Assembly: GCA_963818475.1 (NCBI GenBank)
Contig: CAWFSF010000003.1
Location: forward strand, 96,001 to 160,000
DNA length: 64,000 nt
Direction: 5' to 3'
Origin: Nitrospirota bacterium
GTDB taxonomy: Bacteria; Nitrospirota; UBA9217
Shown one piece after another: positions 61,482 to 64,000 of the stretch (the stretch's first letter is position 1; each line of letters opens with the position of its first letter). A program made the position numbers and the translations under genes. A model generated the notes under the pieces. The model ran no database searches and was not told the DNA's origin. It saw only the letters and a list, made by a program, of their open reading frames with translations.

Positions 61482-61667
61482 TTATAGTCCTATCGCTTTC
61501 TTTAAATCCTTGTGACTTGTCCATTTTTTGTTCTTCATTTTCACCTGCAACGCGGAATAATAGTCCTTTTTATCTTGCTCGATTTCCTTGAGCCGCAGAT
61601 ATTCCTTATAATCGAGGACAACGGCAACCGGCTTGTCGTTTTCTTTCACGATCTGAGTCTTAATCAT
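61482..61667 (-). CDS. Phd/YefM-like antitoxin
   Basis: KPVAVVLDYKEY.RL, WTSH.DLKK.IGL. Confidence 0.7.
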   Translation of the reverse strand: MIKTQIVKENDKPVAVVLDYKEYLRLKEIEQDKKDYYSALQVKMKNKKWTSHKDLKKAIGL

Positions 61668-61756
61668 GGTATGCCTTCTGCCTGTGCTTTACTTCGAAAG
61701 CTGTTTGACCGCTCTTTCCGAATATTTTATTTCCATAGGAAATCAGCATCTTGAGG

Positions 61757-61975
61757 TTAATGCTTCTTCTCAAACAGAGTTATCTCTTTATAAAGATCGG
61801 CAACGCGTTTACCCTTTACGGCACCCTTCCTGATTTTTGCGTAATCTCCGTATCCGGTTTCAGACTGCATGATAAATCGCGTTGCATTGACCAGTCCGAG
61901 ATTCTTTACCAATGCCTCCCAGCCTGCATCTCTCAACGCATAGCCACTTAGGTTTTTCTGATGTGTTTTAAGCAT
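61757..61975 (-). CDS. Putative antitoxin paired with PIN toxin
   Basis: GWEALVKNLG..NATRFI....G.GDY; overlaps the PIN gene stop. Confidence 0.7.
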   Translation of the reverse strand: MLKTHQKNLSGYALRDAGWEALVKNLGLVNATRFIMQSETGYGDYAKIRKGAVKGKRVADLYKEITLFEKKH

Positions 61976-62430
61976 TCTTAAACACCTCCTCTACGAGAAA
62001 TTCAAGGGGACTGCATACCGACAAGGAAACCGCATTCCGCTCTTTCCTGGCTTTTCTAATGATATTATCGTCACAGGTGATGAAGTATTCCGCGCCGCCG
62101 GATTCAGCACAGGCAAGATGCATTGCATCGAGCGAGTCAAAACCGGACTCTTCTAATAAGGTTGCTCTCTTCTTGATCGTATCGCTCATTTTCACGGACC
62201 GCGACGCCAGAGCAACATAATGGGAAACCCGTTCTTTGCGCTCAGGAAAAGGTGACAGGCTGTTCTCATAAGCCAGCACTGATGAACTGATGATGCTGAC
62301 CACCAGTCATCGTTTTTTCTAAAATAGACAGGAAGGCCTCCGCCTCAAGCCTGATTCTGGCCTGGCTTTGGTCGTCAAAAGGCCGGTTATACACGCTGGT
62401 ATCCAGATATATTTTAATGCGTCGTCTCAT
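61968..62430 (-). pseudogene. PIN-domain toxin, frameshift near 62305
   Basis: IYLDTSVYNRPFDDQSQARIRLE followed by DAMHLACAE, FITCDD. Confidence 0.8.
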
Positions 62431-62605
62431 ACTCAAATATCAATGGAATCAATCTGAACATAGAATATCATGATTCAGCACAGGATGACAAGCGACAAAT
62501 GCACTCAATCTATCTATAAGAACCGCTGACTCCTGACTCGTCCCCTGTTTTAAGAACGGCCATGAACAGTTTGTCCAATCACCTGAATTACCGCCTATAA
62601 TTAGA

Positions 62606-62765
62606 AATCAAGTTATTACAAACTACCCCAAAAACTACCCCAAATTATGAACACTGGAAAACAAAAAAAGAGCTAAGTCTTTTAATGACTTAGCTCTGAT
62701 CTCCACCTGAGTTCGATGGAGACTTTCAGAAAATATCAAAATAACCATGTAAAATCAACTACTTA
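62606..62765. other. att-like region: two IHF consensus sites and a tandem 12-bp repeat
   Basis: WATCAA-N4-TTR at 62606-62618 and 62753-62765; aactaccccaaa x2 at 62621-62644. Confidence 0.6.
62663..62697 (-). terminator. Terminator downstream of tmRNA
   Basis: agagctaagtc / gacttagctct stem with U-run on the minus strand. Confidence 0.75.
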
Positions 62766-62766
62766 A

Positions 62767-63118
62767 TGGTGGAGGCGGCGGGAATTGAACCCGCGTCCGA
62801 AAACCTTTAGCCAGAAGCTCGTTACATGCTTGTCCCCTCATTTAAAGCTCTCGCCTCATCCAGCGCCTCAGGGAAAGCTTTGGATTCGGCCAGCCCGGTT
62901 TTTCTTATCTTCCCGCCCCGGACGAAGTCGGGAAGACCAGCCTGGTTTATAACGTCTCTGCGGCTGTTCAGGCGCCGGCCGCGAAACGCGCTACCTATTT
63001 AGGCTGCGAGTGCCAGTTCGTTATTGGCAGTTGATCTTTACCATGTGTTTAACGAGCCCCATGGTACCTCGGCATGCAACTCCTGACCTCCGTGTCCCCG
63101 TCGAAGCCTGTCGCCCCC
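62767..63118 (-). ncRNA. ssrA: tmRNA, tag peptide (A)ANNELALAA
   Basis: 5' GGGGGCGACAGGCTTCGAC; 3' GACGCGGGTTCAATTCCCGCCGCCTCCACCA with G3-U wobble; tag frame 62999-63028. Confidence 0.97.
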
Positions 63119-63131
63119 CTTTCGTAAAGCA

Positions 63132-63162
63132 TTGCGGATTTCGGATTGCGGAATGCGGATTG
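63132..63162. repeat. Heptamer tandem repeat (tgcggat-like)
   Basis: ttgcggatttcggattgcggaatgcggatt. Confidence 0.6.
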
Positions 63163-63231
63163 AACACCCGAACACCACAGCCACTGCGCAATGCGGATCT
63201 GCTATCCAGCATCTCCTATTTATATAGTACG

Positions 63232-63543
63232 CTATTTACTCTCTTTATACAACAGGCTTTCCGCGTCAGCACTGCTCTTCCCGCTGATCCTCACGATCTT
63301 GTCGCGCGACGTGTGGCCCGAGACGATCTCGACCCGGGATTTGGCGACCGAGAACCGGTCCGCGAGGAATTTGACCAGGGCCTCGTTCGCCGCACCGTCC
63401 ACGGGCGGCGCCGTGAGCCTGATCTTGAGGCTGCCGTCCTCGAGCCGGGTGGCCTCGTTCTTCGACGCGCGGGGCTGGATGCGCACCGAAAGGGTAACGC
63501 CCGGGGAGTCCTTATCCTTTGGCCGGCTCTTCGGTGGACGCAT
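63232..63543 (-). CDS. DUF167/YggU family protein
   Basis: VRIQPRASKN, APPVDGAANEALVKFLA, SGHTSRDK. Confidence 0.9.
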   Translation of the reverse strand: MRPPKSRPKDKDSPGVTLSVRIQPRASKNEATRLEDGSLKIRLTAPPVDGAANEALVKFLADRFSVAKSRVEIVSGHTSRDKIVRISGKSSADAESLLYKESK

Positions 63544-63991
63544 TGCCGCCTTCCTCGTAGTTCACCATCTCCAGGTGCATCTGGATGATCTTCTTCAGGT
63601 CTTCCAGAAAATGATGCCGCATGCGCTTGAGGTTCTGGATCTCGGCATCGAGCTTCACCTTCTGTTCGTGCGCGCTTGCGACGATCTGCTGACTGCGGAT
63701 CTCGGCGTCCTTGATGACGAGCGCTGCCTCGCGCCGGGCATTGTCCTTCTGGTCCTCCATGAGCTTCTGGGTCATGACCATGGTGTTCTTGACCGTTTCC
63801 TCTTTTTGGCGGACCTCGGACATCCGGTCGTCGTAGACCTGGCGGAACTCGCGCAGTTCGGCCACTTCGCGCATGAGCGCTTCCATCTCCTCGCGCACCT
63901 GGTCGAGGAACGTTTCGACCTCCTTTTGTTCGAACCCGCGGAAGGTCACATGGAACCGTTTCTGTTGAATATCGATCGGTGTAATGTTCAT
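63512..63991 (-). CDS. divIVA: DivIVA domain protein
   Basis: ITPIDIQQKRF...FRGF...EVETFLD plus coiled coil. Confidence 0.9.
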   Translation of the reverse strand: MNITPIDIQQKRFHVTFRGFEQKEVETFLDQVREEMEALMREVAELREFRQVYDDRMSEVRQKEETVKNTMVMTQKLMEDQKDNARREAALVIKDAEIRSQQIVASAHEQKVKLDAEIQNLKRMRHHFLEDLKKIIQMHLEMVNYEEGGNASTEEPAKG

Positions 63992-64000
63992 GATTGGCCT

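Noticed and set aside
17599-62430. Many frameshifts as programmed frameshifting or mass pseudogenisation
   Set aside because: Scattered single-base indels in unrelated genes, some compensating, without slippery motifs; most simply long-read error, to be checked against raw reads
63010-63588. 192-aa plus-strand ORF
   Set aside because: Overlaps the tmRNA and DUF167 gene on the opposite strand

Overview
Bacterial chromosomal window with a GC-rich backbone; a Nitrospirota- or deltaproteobacteria-like anaerobe is my inference. The right end is core genome: divIVA, DUF167 and an intact tmRNA (62767-63118, minus strand, tag ANNELALAA). Downstream of the tmRNA lies an integrase-less defence/mobile island (~48.7-62.7 kb) with TA modules, an orphan attC-bearing cassette, an IS1182, DUF4268, a type I R-M system with half-size HsdS, a nucleotide-cyclase-like gene and a Y1 (HUH) transposase bounded by 20-bp inverted repeats. 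A second accessory hotspot (~19.6-32 kb) splits a DUF2339-DUF3999 gene pair. It carries VapBC, a secreted Hint-domain protein, an IetAS-like AAA/S8 pair, BrnTA, an extra signal peptidase and a REP-associated transposase. Copies of the Y1 element's terminal motif (GACCTGACCC) lie at gene boundaries in both hotspots, suggesting an HUH-driven cassette system. Also present are an osmC/cupredoxin/Met-rich protein/Mo-oxidoreductase cluster, a ~2000-aa S8 protease with Big_5 repeats, a multiheme cytochrome, two GGA-rich sRNA candidates and several REP-like repeat families. Many single-base frameshifts in unrelated genes look like long-read errors, so pseudogene calls are tentative. All family assignments come from motif recognition, not database searches.
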